A stretch of 64,000 bases of DNA from a virus. The DNA lies in the IMG/VR virus record IMGVR_UViG_3300031576_000023, positions 21,329 through 85,328 of that record. One strand, 5' to 3'. Below, piece after piece: positions 19,335 through 29,701 of the stretch (the stretch's first letter is position 1; each line of letters begins with the position of its first letter). A model generated the notes under the pieces. It was not told the DNA's origin. It saw nothing but the letters and a program-made list of their open reading frames with translations, and ran no database searches. A program made the position numbers and the translations under genes.

Positions 19335-20035
19335 ACGTCTGCGCCTTCACTAGCGTCTGTGAGGAGGACGCCTGCTGGTTGCCGCAGTACCTCGCGGAGG
19401 CCGAGCGGATCGGCATTCAGTTCGTCATGCACCTTGACCGCTGCTCGCGCGAGACAGCGCGTATCGTCGAGTCCCACCGCCTCTTGGCGGGAATCACGCG
19501 GCAGGACAATCACGCCAAGCAGTTCTCCGAGACGGACAAGCAAGCTGCCCTCGATGTCGTCGTGTCATCTGGCTGCCGCTGGGCGCTCGCGTGGGACGTG
19601 GACGAGACGTACGCGCAAGACGCGCGCCGGCACCTGGAGAATCTTGGGAACTACTTCGCAGACCTCTTGCAGGTCCGCATGGTCAATCTCTGGGGCGATG
19701 ACCTGCACGCCAGGGTTGACGGCCCGTTCTCATCCGCGTGGCGGTGCAAGCTTTACCGGATCGGCGCCGGTAACTCGTGGGCGTTCAGGCATCCGCTCGT
19801 CAACGGCGCCGTGGACCTCAGCGGCCGACACGCCAACGGTACGGAGCAGAGAACCGGCCTCGTCTGCCTGCACCACGGGTTTAAGACGCAGACGCTGAGG
19901 CTGGCGCATCGCGAGCGGTGGAACAGTATTTATGGCGCGGCCTTCGGCTATAATCCGTACGGAACGTGGGACTGGGTCTGCGACGAGACAATCGCGCCCA
20001 CCGTCAGGGAACTAGTCGAGGAACTTGCGTGCTGA
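19331..20035 (+). CDS. Glycosyltransferase family 2-like
   Basis: WALAWDVDE DxD motif; LHHG. Confidence 0.7.
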   Translation: MNVCAFTSVCEEDACWLPQYLAEAERIGIQFVMHLDRCSRETARIVESHRLLAGITRQDNHAKQFSETDKQAALDVVVSSGCRWALAWDVDETYAQDARRHLENLGNYFADLLQVRMVNLWGDDLHARVDGPFSSAWRCKLYRIGAGNSWAFRHPLVNGAVDLSGRHANGTEQRTGLVCLHHGFKTQTLRLAHRERWNSIYGAAFGYNPYGTWDWVCDETIAPTVRELVEELAC

Positions 20036-20553
20036 GCGACCCCGCAACACTGGAATACTGGGATGCGCGCACCAAGGCGCACGGCGGCGGCGCTCCGCGC
20101 GAGCTGTACTTCAAGAGCGAGGCGTGGGCCAGGTACGACCGAAACGTGCTGGCGTTCATCGCCCGCTTCGTGCGCCGCGGGGTCCGCGTGCTCGATCTCG
20201 GGTGCGGTTTCGGGCTGTACGGGCCACACGTCGAGGCAGCGCGAGGCTCGTGGACCGGAGTTGACTTCTGCGCCGGCATGCGGGACTTATGGCGCACAAG
20301 GGGCGGCATGGTCGGCCGGTTCGTGCAAGCTGACGTGCGGGACGTGGCGGAGCTGCTGAATCTCACCTGGAAGCATGACGTGGTAATGCTCGGCTGCATT
20401 CGCAGAATCCTCGGGCTGAGCCCGGAGGATATGCGCGACAAGTACCTGCCGCTAGTGGCGAACGGGGGCGTGCTGGCCAACGTCGAGGCCAGCGAGTGCC
20501 ACGTGTGGGACCAGGACGGTGCGCCGGTCCAATGGAGCATACCAGGAGCCTGA
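20029..20553 (+). CDS. Class I SAM-dependent methyltransferase
   Basis: VLDLGCGFG, GVDF and QADV motifs. Confidence 0.85.
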   Translation: MLSDPATLEYWDARTKAHGGGAPRELYFKSEAWARYDRNVLAFIARFVRRGVRVLDLGCGFGLYGPHVEAARGSWTGVDFCAGMRDLWRTRGGMVGRFVQADVRDVAELLNLTWKHDVVMLGCIRRILGLSPEDMRDKYLPLVANGGVLANVEASECHVWDQDGAPVQWSIPGA

Positions 20554-20556
20554 CCA

Positions 20557-21606
20557 ATGAACGCGATGCTGCAAGTAGCTGACTGCGGGCCACTGGAAAG
20601 CCTGGCGACGATGTTCCGCGCGATCGGATGGGATTGCTTCGTGCCAGACGCGGGCTTGCGGGCGCGGCTCGTGGCGGCCGGCTGCGACACAGTCCTGGAC
20701 CCGGAGTTTCTGTTCAGAGAGATGGGCTACGACCGTCCGCGCGGCGTCCAGCAAAGCGGAGACCTCGACAGCATGGACCTGTACGTTGATGTCAAGGCGC
20801 AGCGCAACGCGGAAAAAGCCTGGAAGCTTCACCGGCGCTTCGAGGGTCGCACAATCTGGTATCGCATCAACGGCGGTCTGCCTGAAATAACTCCTCAAGG
20901 CGGGGACGAGCTGAACTTCAACTTTCCGATTATCACGCCGAACAGGTACTATCTCGACAGTCCCACGGCATACAAGAACCACGTCGGCTCTCGGCGGGAT
21001 GCGAACTGGGGTGGACTGGCCTACGTCATGTGGCCCCCTTTCGCGCGCGCCTCTGATTATTCTGTGCGCGCCCCGAATTACGACGGGTACTGCAATCCAG
21101 TCTGCTTGATCCACAACGTCACTGGCTGGGGGTACTCCGACCTCGTCGAGCCGCTTCGCCGAGAGGCCAGGCTGCTGTGCTTCGGGTCGCACGGCAGCCC
21201 GGACGGGCTTATCCCGCACAGCGGCGTCCCCGGACTTCTGGCCGCGGCGCTGTGCATGGTCCACCTCAAGAGCAACGACTGCCCAGGATACGCCCTCTAC
21301 GAGGCCCTGCATGCCGGCTGCCCGCTGATCGTTCCGCGCAGACTGATAAAGCGCATGCGGATGGCAGACCTGCTGGTGGAAGGCGCGACGTGCCTCTGCT
21401 TCGACATCGAGGGAGATGAGCGCGGGTGCGGCGCCCTCGACGTCGCGGCCTGCGTCGCCGAGGTCCGCGCTGCCACCAAGCAACTCATGGACTCGGCAGA
21501 GAACGAGCGAATCGGGAATGCCGGGAAGCGCGCGCTGGCCGAGCTGATATGGAATCCAGAGCGCGACGCAGAGTCGTTCAAGGCGTTTTTGCGCAGATAC
21601 GGTTGA
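20557..21606 (+). CDS. GT-B glycosyltransferase
   Basis: DCPGYALYEALHAGCPLI motif; ERIGNAGK. Confidence 0.7.
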   Translation: MNAMLQVADCGPLESLATMFRAIGWDCFVPDAGLRARLVAAGCDTVLDPEFLFREMGYDRPRGVQQSGDLDSMDLYVDVKAQRNAEKAWKLHRRFEGRTIWYRINGGLPEITPQGGDELNFNFPIITPNRYYLDSPTAYKNHVGSRRDANWGGLAYVMWPPFARASDYSVRAPNYDGYCNPVCLIHNVTGWGYSDLVEPLRREARLLCFGSHGSPDGLIPHSGVPGLLAAALCMVHLKSNDCPGYALYEALHAGCPLIVPRRLIKRMRMADLLVEGATCLCFDIEGDERGCGALDVAACVAEVRAATKQLMDSAENERIGNAGKRALAELIWNPERDAESFKAFLRRYG

Positions 21607-21621
21607 TCCGGTGTACCGCTC

Positions 21622-22182
21622 ATGACCAGTTTCGAGGAAACCTGGAGCCTCCTGCCTGGGAACGGCTGGCTCGACCGCGACGAGGCCGAACTGCTATGGA
21701 ACGCCGTCAAGCTCGAAGATGACGTGCTTGAGGCCGGGGTGTACTGGGGCAGGTCGGCCGTGCTGCTGGCGCACCGGCTCGCGGAGGGTTCCGGCAAGTT
21801 CTGGCTCTGCGACCCGTTCATCGACGGCCACCACTTCGACACGCTGGCCGAGGGAGCGGTGGCGTGGCAGTGCGTCCTGGCAACTGTCGAGGACATCCTG
21901 CCGGCGGAGCGGCTCTGCCTCGTGCCGTGCTCCGAGAGCGATCTGCACGTCTTGGCTGCCGGGACCCTGCGGCCGGGCCTGGTTTACCTTGACGCAGACC
22001 ACTCCTACGAGGCGACGAGCGCCGCGCTGGCTAGGTGGTCGCCGCTCGCTGGGGCCGTGGCGGCGCACGACTACGCCGGGACCGGTGGCGGGGCCGAGGT
22101 CAAGCGCGCCGTTGACGAACTGCCTGGCTGGAGGATCAAACAGCGAGCGTCGCGGATGGTCGTGCTTGAAAGACACGCATGA
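21622..22182 (+). CDS. SAM-dependent methyltransferase (Methyltransf_24-like)
   Basis: LEAGVYWGRS, YLDADHSYE and HDY motifs. Confidence 0.85.
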   Translation: MTSFEETWSLLPGNGWLDRDEAELLWNAVKLEDDVLEAGVYWGRSAVLLAHRLAEGSGKFWLCDPFIDGHHFDTLAEGAVAWQCVLATVEDILPAERLCLVPCSESDLHVLAAGTLRPGLVYLDADHSYEATSAALARWSPLAGAVAAHDYAGTGGGAEVKRAVDELPGWRIKQRASRMVVLERHA

Positions 22183-23129
22183 GCAAGCGCGCGCTGATCA
22201 CCGGCGTCTCCGGCCAGGACGGCTCGTACCTCGCCGAGTACCTGCTGGGGCTTGAGTACGAGGTCTACGGGCTCGTGCGGCCGCGCGCGTGCGCGACCAA
22301 CCACAACCTCGCGGAATGCCGCAAGCACACGGGCTTCTGCGAGCTGGAAGGAGACCTACTCGACCAGCCGTCTCTGGACGCGGCAGTCCAGGGCGCGCGA
22401 CCGCACGAAGTGTACAACCTCGCCGGCCACACCTTCGTGGGCAGTAGCTGGGACAGCCCGGAGCACGTTTTCCAGGTCAACGCCCTCGGCACGCTGCGAA
22501 TGCTGCAGGCGGTCCAGCGGCACGCGCCGTCCGCGCGGTTCTACCAGGCCAGCACCTCCGAGATGTTTGGAAACCAGCCGGCGCCGCAGAGCGAGGCCAC
22601 GCCGTTCGTGCCGTGCAGCCCCTATGGAATCGCCAAGCTGGCAGCACACTGGTTCACGGTAGAGTTTCGCTCCCGAGGTCTGTGGGCCTGCTGCGGAATC
22701 GCGTTCAACCACGAGTCTGCGCGGCGCGGCGGCCAGTTTGTGACCGGCAAGCTAGCCAGCCACGCGGCGTTCAAGCAGGCCACCAACAGCAGCCAGAAGC
22801 TCCAGGTCGGCAACCTGCACGCCAGGCGGGACTGGGGCCACGCGCGCGACTATGTGCGAGCCATGCACGCGATGATGCAGGCCAATGCGCCCACCGACTA
22901 CGTCATCGGTACGGGAAGGTCGCTCTCCGTCTTGGAGTTCGCGGAACTCGTTGGCCTCGGTACTGACGACCTTGAAGTCACTAGCAAGCACATGCGCCCG
23001 ACCGACATCGCCGAGCTCCGAGCCGACGCCAGCAAGATCAAGGCGGCGGTCGGCTGGTCGCCCAGCGTCGCCGTGGAGCAGCTCGCCGCCGAGATGCTTC
23101 GGCATCACGCCGACTGCTGGAAGCGATGA
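22179..23129 (+). CDS. gmd: GDP-mannose 4,6-dehydratase
   Basis: ITGVSGQDGSYL, YQASTSEMFG, SPYGIAK, FNHES and RDWGHA motifs. Confidence 0.95.
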   Translation: MSKRALITGVSGQDGSYLAEYLLGLEYEVYGLVRPRACATNHNLAECRKHTGFCELEGDLLDQPSLDAAVQGARPHEVYNLAGHTFVGSSWDSPEHVFQVNALGTLRMLQAVQRHAPSARFYQASTSEMFGNQPAPQSEATPFVPCSPYGIAKLAAHWFTVEFRSRGLWACCGIAFNHESARRGGQFVTGKLASHAAFKQATNSSQKLQVGNLHARRDWGHARDYVRAMHAMMQANAPTDYVIGTGRSLSVLEFAELVGLGTDDLEVTSKHMRPTDIAELRADASKIKAAVGWSPSVAVEQLAAEMLRHHADCWKR

Positions 23130-24112
23130 AACTGGCCGTGCTCGGACGCGCCGACCCGACCGGCCTGGGCGCTATGACCGACGACTTCTGCCGCGCCATG
23201 GACCCCGATCTCGCCCTCGTCGTGGACTACTCCACCAGAGGCAAGACTGATCCAGGGCTGGTCCCCGGCAGCATTGTACTGCCCCAGACTGAGCTTCGGT
23301 TCAGCGACTTCTGGGCCGAGATGCTGGCCGGCTACGACGCTCTCGTGGGCTTTGAGACGTTCTACGACGAGGCCGTCCTGCGCGGCGCCAAGCTGGCGGG
23401 ATGCAAGACGATCCTGTTTCCGATGTGGGAGTGTACGCAGCCGTGGTGCGACGCCGCAGATGTGATGGTCTGCCTGAGCCCAGCCGACGAGGCGAGGTAT
23501 CCGCGCGGGATCCCGATGCGGTGGGCCGTGGACCCCAGGCGGTTCCAGCCTCGCACTGACATATGTTGGCCGCCGAAACTGATCCAGCACAATGCCGGCA
23601 CGCTCGGCCTGAACGGGAGGAACGGGACGGAGGAGTTCTTGCAGGCGGCCAGGTATCTCTCTGGAACTGGCGTCGCGGTGCTCGTGCGCGCACAGGAGCA
23701 GATTCCAACGGAGTGGCGGACGCCCGACGCCTACTATGCGGGCATGGTGGACCAGCGGGAGGACTTGTGGAGGGAGATGGACCTGTTCGTCTTTCCTCTG
23801 AAGATTCCTGGCCTTGCGTTGCCGCTAATCGAGGCCGCTGCCGTCGGCATCCCGACTCTGATCGTCGATATCGCTGAGCGACGCGACTACCACGCGGACT
23901 TTCGAGTCCCAATCGGCCGGACGTACCGCTGTCGGATCGGCGGTAACGAGGTCGAGTACCGCGCCGCGGACGTAGAGGCCCTGGGTAGGCGGATGCGGTC
24001 CATGGCGCTCGGGAACGTCCGCGTGCGAGTCCCGCCACATCCTCCGACGTGGCACAAGTTCAAGACACGGTGGCAGAACACCGTCACGCCACTGATCGGA
24101 AGAACGCCGTGA
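23126..24112 (+). CDS. GT-B glycosyltransferase
   Basis: DLFVFP...GLALPLIEAAAVGIP motif. Confidence 0.75.
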   Translation: MKLAVLGRADPTGLGAMTDDFCRAMDPDLALVVDYSTRGKTDPGLVPGSIVLPQTELRFSDFWAEMLAGYDALVGFETFYDEAVLRGAKLAGCKTILFPMWECTQPWCDAADVMVCLSPADEARYPRGIPMRWAVDPRRFQPRTDICWPPKLIQHNAGTLGLNGRNGTEEFLQAARYLSGTGVAVLVRAQEQIPTEWRTPDAYYAGMVDQREDLWREMDLFVFPLKIPGLALPLIEAAAVGIPTLIVDIAERRDYHADFRVPIGRTYRCRIGGNEVEYRAADVEALGRRMRSMALGNVRVRVPPHPPTWHKFKTRWQNTVTPLIGRTP

Positions 24113-25217
24113 TGACCTCGCACACGTAGTCAACCGCCCCATCCTCTAGCATCCCCTGGTACAGCGGCAGGTATAAGCCGCGCGCAGATAGGTCGTCGGC
24201 GACGGGATAGTCGCACTCGCATGCGTAATGACGCAGGTGGTTCTGCCTGTGCATCGGCACGAAGTAGGTCCGTGTCTCAATCCCGTGGTGCGCCAGCTCG
24301 CTCCGCAGGTCGTCGCGCCAGAACGGCGCGTCGCGAGTCACCAGTAGCGGGAAGACCCACCAGACGCTTCCAGCAGGACGCGAGGGGAACTCGATCCAGC
24401 GCGTATGGCGTAGGTTGTCTCGATACGCGGCGGCGATCATCTCGCGCTCACTCAAGATCGCGCTAAGGCGCTTCGTCTGTGAGTAGCCGAGCGCAGCCTG
24501 CATGGCCGTCATGCGGTAGCCGTAGGCCAACTCAGTATGTCGAAAATGCTCGTCATTGCTGAAGGCGTGCGCTTGCAGTTTTCGCAGCCATATGGCACTT
24601 TCCAGGTCGCGACACACCACCATTCCGCCTTCGCCAGTGGTGATGATTTTGTTCCCGTAGAAACTGTACGTTGCCAGGCTGCATGTTGCCAGGTCGCGAA
24701 GCCCTGCCGTTGCGCCGTGCGCCTCGGAGTTGTCCAGGATCAACGGGCATCCTTGCGCATTCGCCACGACAGTAGCCTCGTCTGCCGGAACACCGTATAG
24801 CGCTACCGGCATGACGGCCGCTGGCCTATGCTCGCGAATCAGTTTGTCGAGCACCTTCGGGTCCATGTTGCCCGTTGCCGGCTCGCTGTCGCAAAATACA
24901 GGGATCGCCCCGCAGTAAAGCACGGCGTTGGCGCAGGCCACCATCGTTAGCACTGGCAGTATTACCCTGTCGCCAGGCCGGACCAACGCCGCTCGCAAGG
25001 CCAGATGCAGTGCTGTGGTTCCGCTGTTGCAGGCTACGCCGTGGGCATAACCGCTGGCCGCGGCGAACGCTCGCTCGAACTGTTCGACGTATGGACCGCC
25101 GCTGACCCAACCGTCCTTTAGGCACGCGGCAACGGCCTGCCTATCGTTAGCCGTGATCTTCGGCCTGGCGACTGGTACGTACTTCTCAGCGCTAATGTTG
25201 ACGATCGGGTCAGGCAT
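24084..25217 (-). CDS. DegT/DnrJ/EryC1/StrS aminotransferase, perosamine synthase-like
   Basis: NSGTTALHLAL and SFYGNKIITTGEGGM motifs. Confidence 0.92.
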   Translation of the reverse strand: MPDPIVNISAEKYVPVARPKITANDRQAVAACLKDGWVSGGPYVEQFERAFAAASGYAHGVACNSGTTALHLALRAALVRPGDRVILPVLTMVACANAVLYCGAIPVFCDSEPATGNMDPKVLDKLIREHRPAAVMPVALYGVPADEATVVANAQGCPLILDNSEAHGATAGLRDLATCSLATYSFYGNKIITTGEGGMVVCRDLESAIWLRKLQAHAFSNDEHFRHTELAYGYRMTAMQAALGYSQTKRLSAILSEREMIAAAYRDNLRHTRWIEFPSRPAGSVWWVFPLLVTRDAPFWRDDLRSELAHHGIETRTYFVPMHRQNHLRHYACECDYPVADDLSARGLYLPLYQGMLEDGAVDYVCEVITAFFRSVA

Positions 25218-25528
25218 GTTTCAATCTGCCTCGCCGCAGAGAGGAATATGCCGTTCTCTCAGGCGTCGCAACCGATAGCGATGCGCCGCAAGCTTCGGAG
25301 ATTTGGCGGCCTTGGTAAGCAGATTGACAAATGTAGTCATGGAATCTCCTTGTGTTACAAAACTGATGCTAACTGCCGGTCGCCGCACCACGGGTCGAGC
25401 CGGCACAACTCTGGTTCATGTCGTGCACGACATTCTTCATGCAGGAATAACAGTACCGGCCGTCTCGTGTTACTGCGATTTTCTCTCCGCATGCGCCGCA
25501 TATTCCGTCTTTGCGAGCCTCCGGTAAC

Positions 25529-26176
25529 TCACACATGGTAGTCAACCGCCACCAACATGGTATCGGGTGCCAGGGGTCGAATGAACCTTGCGTAGTACAG
25601 CTCCTGCCAGCGATCGTTTCTATCCTCGTCGAAGCTGACGATCTTTGCGTCGGTCTCCTTGCAGGTCACGAGGCACCGACCGGCGTACTCCATCCCCTTG
25701 TTCTCAGCCGTGATCTCGCACTCAGTCGCTGCTGTCATGCCGAAGAACCCGAGTCGTGCTTTCTCGTGCCATACTCGGTTTCTGAGAAACGCATAAGCTA
25801 TGATAGGAGATTCGCGCGCTGTCCGATCCAGCAGCGATTCCAGGCTGTCAACGCCATCGAGACCATATAGGAAATGTTGCGTAACCTCATCCTTATGTAG
25901 CTCGCGCTCCCATGCTTTCCACAGTTTACGGGATCGTTCCAAGCTCGCCTCGTGGCACGCTTCCTCCGTCAGCTCTACGCGGCGCGCAGCGTTCTTGCCG
26001 AGCAGCGCCCCCTCGTACCTGCCACCAATCGTCCAATAGTCCCAGCGAGAGCCGTCCTTGAACCACTTGTCCTCTTCATCGAACGGGTCCATCTGATACC
26101 CAACGGCTTTCGCCAACTCGTCTGCTGACAGCGACACCGCTTGTTCCAGCGCGACAATAACAAGCCCGTGTGACAT
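25529..26176 (-). CDS. Conserved hypothetical phage protein
   Basis: RWDYWTIGGRY and terminal AVDYH motifs; AAGGAG RBS. Confidence 0.65.
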   Translation of the reverse strand: MSHGLVIVALEQAVSLSADELAKAVGYQMDPFDEEDKWFKDGSRWDYWTIGGRYEGALLGKNAARRVELTEEACHEASLERSRKLWKAWERELHKDEVTQHFLYGLDGVDSLESLLDRTARESPIIAYAFLRNRVWHEKARLGFFGMTAATECEITAENKGMEYAGRCLVTCKETDAKIVSFDEDRNDRWQELYYARFIRPLAPDTMLVAVDYHV

Positions 26177-26197
26177 CGCGACTCTCCTTGTTTTATT

Positions 26198-26644
26198 CTA
26201 ACAACTGGCTGATAGCTGCTGTACCGTTACTTCCACGCCTGCCGTCTCGCCGCCGGCCGCGACGAACTTGCTGCATACGAGTTTCGCTACGTGCGAGTCG
26301 TTGCTCCAGGCTAATCCGGTCAGCGCGTCGCAGGTGGACTTTGCAAGGTTGTCCAAGTCCTTCCCGCCTGCCAGCCATGCGCGCGGCGTCGCGCGTCTCT
26401 TCCAGCACATCGCTTGCGGTCGCGGGAACACGAACTCCAGAGTCACCGCGACCGGACCGGAGAACAGCCCCGCGCCGGATTGTTTCCAGGATAGCTGGAC
26501 GGCAGCCTTGTAGGCGTTGACGGGGTGCTTCACTGGCGTGTAGTTCCTCGTGTACGCCTGGTTGCCGGTCGTGACGACGCGATATCGCTGGCGCGGCTGA
26601 GCCACCGGGACGCAGGGGACGCGGAAATTGACCGCTTGAACCAT
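26198..26644 (-). CDS. rusA: RusA-family Holliday junction resolvase
   Basis: DLDNLAKSTCDAL...NDSHV motif. Confidence 0.88.
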   Translation of the reverse strand: MVQAVNFRVPCVPVAQPRQRYRVVTTGNQAYTRNYTPVKHPVNAYKAAVQLSWKQSGAGLFSGPVAVTLEFVFPRPQAMCWKRRATPRAWLAGGKDLDNLAKSTCDALTGLAWSNDSHVAKLVCSKFVAAGGETAGVEVTVQQLSASC

Positions 26645-26665
26645 CGCGCCACTCCGCCCTAGCCC

Positions 26666-27019
26666 TCACTTGTTACCGTCATAAGTAGCGCTCGCGGCTT
26701 TCTCGTCGTCGTGCACCGCCGATTCTTCGTCCTCGGCGGCCCGCGCGTACGCCTCATTGATCAACTCGCTGCCGACCACGTAGTACCCGCTGGCTGCCAG
26801 GGCCACGTCGAGCGCCGGCCACTTGCGCAGCTCAAGAATCTCGTCGCCCTCATGGGCCACGACGTTTCCGTCCGCGCTCGCCTTCAGGCCACGCGAAGTG
26901 CGGGCCACGCGGCGAAACCAGCCGGGCTGGCCCTCCACGACGTACAGCCGCTTGCCGGTAAATCCGTCGCTGTCGCACGCTGTTACCAACCCGATCATCG
27001 TCGCCTCTGGGATCATCAT
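26666..27019 (-). CDS. Hypothetical protein
   Basis: AAGGAG RBS; overlaps upstream stop. Confidence 0.55.
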   Translation of the reverse strand: MMIPEATMIGLVTACDSDGFTGKRLYVVEGQPGWFRRVARTSRGLKASADGNVVAHEGDEILELRKWPALDVALAASGYYVVGSELINEAYARAAEDEESAVHDDEKAASATYDGNK

Positions 27020-27492
27020 GCAGTCTCCTTGCGTCTTTGTGACTTGCCCGCTTTTAGGCGTGTCAATCGCGTGCCTTTAATCACCTGGAAAATGCGCTGC
27101 CTGGTAACGCCAGTCGCGTCCGCTATCGCCTGGTAGGTGGCGCCGCCACGGCGCATTTGTTCGGCGACGCCGCGCCATGCGGCAGTCCGTCTGACGGTCG
27201 CGGCGCTCATGACGCCAAGCCGCTTAATGTTGCACAGCCAGCACGTCTTCTTCGCCGCACTAGTCTTTGTTCGTTCGCATGCGTACCGCCTGGCGGCTTT
27301 CACGCAGGCGGCGCACAGCCAGCGCTTGCGTAGCTTGCGAACGCCTGCCCTGCGCGCCGCCCGAACTACCTTGCTAAGAACTACATTGTTAACCTGCACC
27401 GCCTTGTCGCTGAACTCCTCATGGTGCCCGCACGCCTGGCAGATGACGGTTAGAGTAATCAGTCGCGGCGGTAGACGATGGTTTGTATCCAT
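27016..27492 (-). CDS. Zinc-finger plus HTH protein (possible regulator)
   Basis: Three CxxC motifs and TYQAIADATGVTRQRIFQ helix-turn-helix. Confidence 0.6.
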   Translation of the reverse strand: MDTNHRLPPRLITLTVICQACGHHEEFSDKAVQVNNVVLSKVVRAARRAGVRKLRKRWLCAACVKAARRYACERTKTSAAKKTCWLCNIKRLGVMSAATVRRTAAWRGVAEQMRRGGATYQAIADATGVTRQRIFQVIKGTRLTRLKAGKSQRRKETA

Positions 27493-27536
27493 GCCCGGTA
27501 TTTTACCGGTTGGGCGCAAGGCTGTTGGGCGAAACT

Positions 27537-28916
27537 TCAAGGCCGAAAGCAAGCAAACCGCAGGCGTTCCGCAGCCCTGGTAGCGGCTGTGTAAGACCAG
27601 CGAACCTGGTCCCAGAGGATGTTCTTCTGCTCCAGGACGGCAACCTTGTCCCACTCGCTGCCCTGCGCCTTGTGACACGTAATGCAGTAGGCGTACTCGA
27701 CTGGAATTTCATTCCGGCTCTTGATAGCAAACGTCTCGTCCGTCGTGATTCCGTTCGAGCGCCCGAGGCAGGTCGTGTTCAGCTTGCACAGCCCCATGTC
27801 TCGCCCGTCGTCTCCGACGCAGCGCGCCTCAACGACGTCCCTTTCCTCCTTGACGATTTCTACGACTTCGAGCTGCATCCCGTTGAACACGCCAAGGCGC
27901 GTGTCGTTCGCCAATACCATGAGGCGCTCACCTGGCTCTAGTAGCCCGCGCCGGCCCTTGAGGGACCGGACCGCCTCGTTGGTTCTCACGCGCGTCGCGT
28001 TCCGCCCGCAGATCAACTGGTCGGCCCAGCCGTAGGACTCCTCGAATGACTCCGGCGGTACGACGTCGACTTCGCCCTTCGTGCCGTATTTGTATGGCCT
28101 GCGCTGACGGAGCACCGTCGCGAACTCAATGATGGCGGACTGCTCTTCCTGCCTGTGAATTTCCTGGAGCACGATATCGGGGTCTTTCATCAGGCGCGGA
28201 TCGTCCCCGATAGGTTCGAGCTGGCCGCAGTCCCCGCACACTACGACCGGCAAGCGGAACGAGCGCAGGTCCTTCCACAGCTCGGTGGAAACCATCGAGC
28301 CTTCGTCCAGCAACACCCAGTCGCATTCCAGGCTGCGGCGCCTCGTGAATGCGCCGTCGTTCCAGGTATAGATCAGGCTGTGCATGGTGCTGACGGCGCC
28401 GCTGATGCCCTTGCGCCGCAGGACGTGTACGGCCTTGCCGGTAAAGGCGCAGGCAGCTCCGCCGGGCACGGCAGCGAAGATCGCCCTGGCGACCGACGTC
28501 TTACCGGTCCCGGCGTAGCCGCCGATCCGAAAAAGCTGCTGGCCTTTGCGCACGCTGGCGACCGCCATCTCGATCGCCCGCTCCTGCTCGTCTGTATAGC
28601 AAAGTCCAGGAGCCGCTGGCCGCTTGGCTGGCACGCCCTTCGGGAGCGGGATGCCTCTGGCCGCCAGGAGCTGCCTGGCGGCCAAGATCAAGCTGTTCAG
28701 CTCTCGCTCTTTCGTCGTGGGGGCCAGACCGGCGTCCGCGATTTCCTGTACAGTCCGCTTTGCCGCGAACTTGAGGAGCGTCTTGGGCCTCAACTCACCG
28801 AGGCGCCGGCTGCCGGCCAGCCCGGCCGGAAAACTCTCCAGCATGGCAAGGTGTCCGCCCTTACCTCCCCGCTTGGAGTGGCAGACGCCCTGCCGACCTT
28901 CTTTTCTCCTTCGCAT
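27537..28916 (-). CDS. Dda/RecD-like SF1B helicase
   Basis: GYAGTGKT, DEGSMV, GDCGQL, HKAQGSEW and YTAATRA motifs. Confidence 0.9.
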   Translation of the reverse strand: MRRRKEGRQGVCHSKRGGKGGHLAMLESFPAGLAGSRRLGELRPKTLLKFAAKRTVQEIADAGLAPTTKERELNSLILAARQLLAARGIPLPKGVPAKRPAAPGLCYTDEQERAIEMAVASVRKGQQLFRIGGYAGTGKTSVARAIFAAVPGGAACAFTGKAVHVLRRKGISGAVSTMHSLIYTWNDGAFTRRRSLECDWVLLDEGSMVSTELWKDLRSFRLPVVVCGDCGQLEPIGDDPRLMKDPDIVLQEIHRQEEQSAIIEFATVLRQRRPYKYGTKGEVDVVPPESFEESYGWADQLICGRNATRVRTNEAVRSLKGRRGLLEPGERLMVLANDTRLGVFNGMQLEVVEIVKEERDVVEARCVGDDGRDMGLCKLNTTCLGRSNGITTDETFAIKSRNEIPVEYAYCITCHKAQGSEWDKVAVLEQKNILWDQVRWSYTAATRAAERLRFACFRP

Positions 28917-29701
28917 TGCCTTAATTTACCGCGCGAGGACCGGCCTGTTGGGCAAACTGCCGTCTTTTACGCCTGTTTTTAGCTGATTGCCAGGCCGGCT
29001 GCCCTATGCCCAGGATTGCGGTTTACTTTCGGCCGCCAACACGGTAACGTTTACCCGCCGGCCGCGAACGGCGGCCGGGGCTGAGATGGGTTGATATGCA
29101 AAAGCGATCAACAAAACGAGCCGGCGCAACAGCTACGCCGGCTCTCATGTCTTTGACGCTGGTTTGGCCGCCGCCGTCAAAACACGTGCATCTCAATTTA
29201 GTCTAACAGCCCCTGTTTGGCAAGGCCACGGTTATCAGGTTCCGCCGAGATCGCGCCTTTTTTCGGCCAGCTCCAAGGGAACCCGCGGCAAAGACCTGAA
29301 GCCCCCGGTCGCCTAAAGCACGTGGGCGGGCACAGAAGTATCAACTATTCTGTCGCTGCGCGGCGTTCCAGCCGCGCGGCGAACGTCGTAGGGAAAACGG
29401 TACGCGACGGCAAAAACAAAGCGGGTGGCTTGCACGGCGGGATTGCGCGCGCAAACGACTTTTTGCCAGTGTTCTTCGCGCTTTACGCTCGTTTTTCCCT
29501 TTACAGAAGTAGCGCGCCGCACGTTTTTCATTGCAGCACGTTTTCTCGCTTTCCTTGTCCCCCTTCTTCGTCTTTCTTGGCGCGCAGCGTGACCTAAGCG
29601 CGCATAGCGCCAGCGCGAGAAAAGTCGCCCAACAGCCGGGCCGGCTAGGGTAGAATCTCCCGCAGTTTGTTGACACGTTCCAGTCACGGAATGGCCTGGA
29701 G

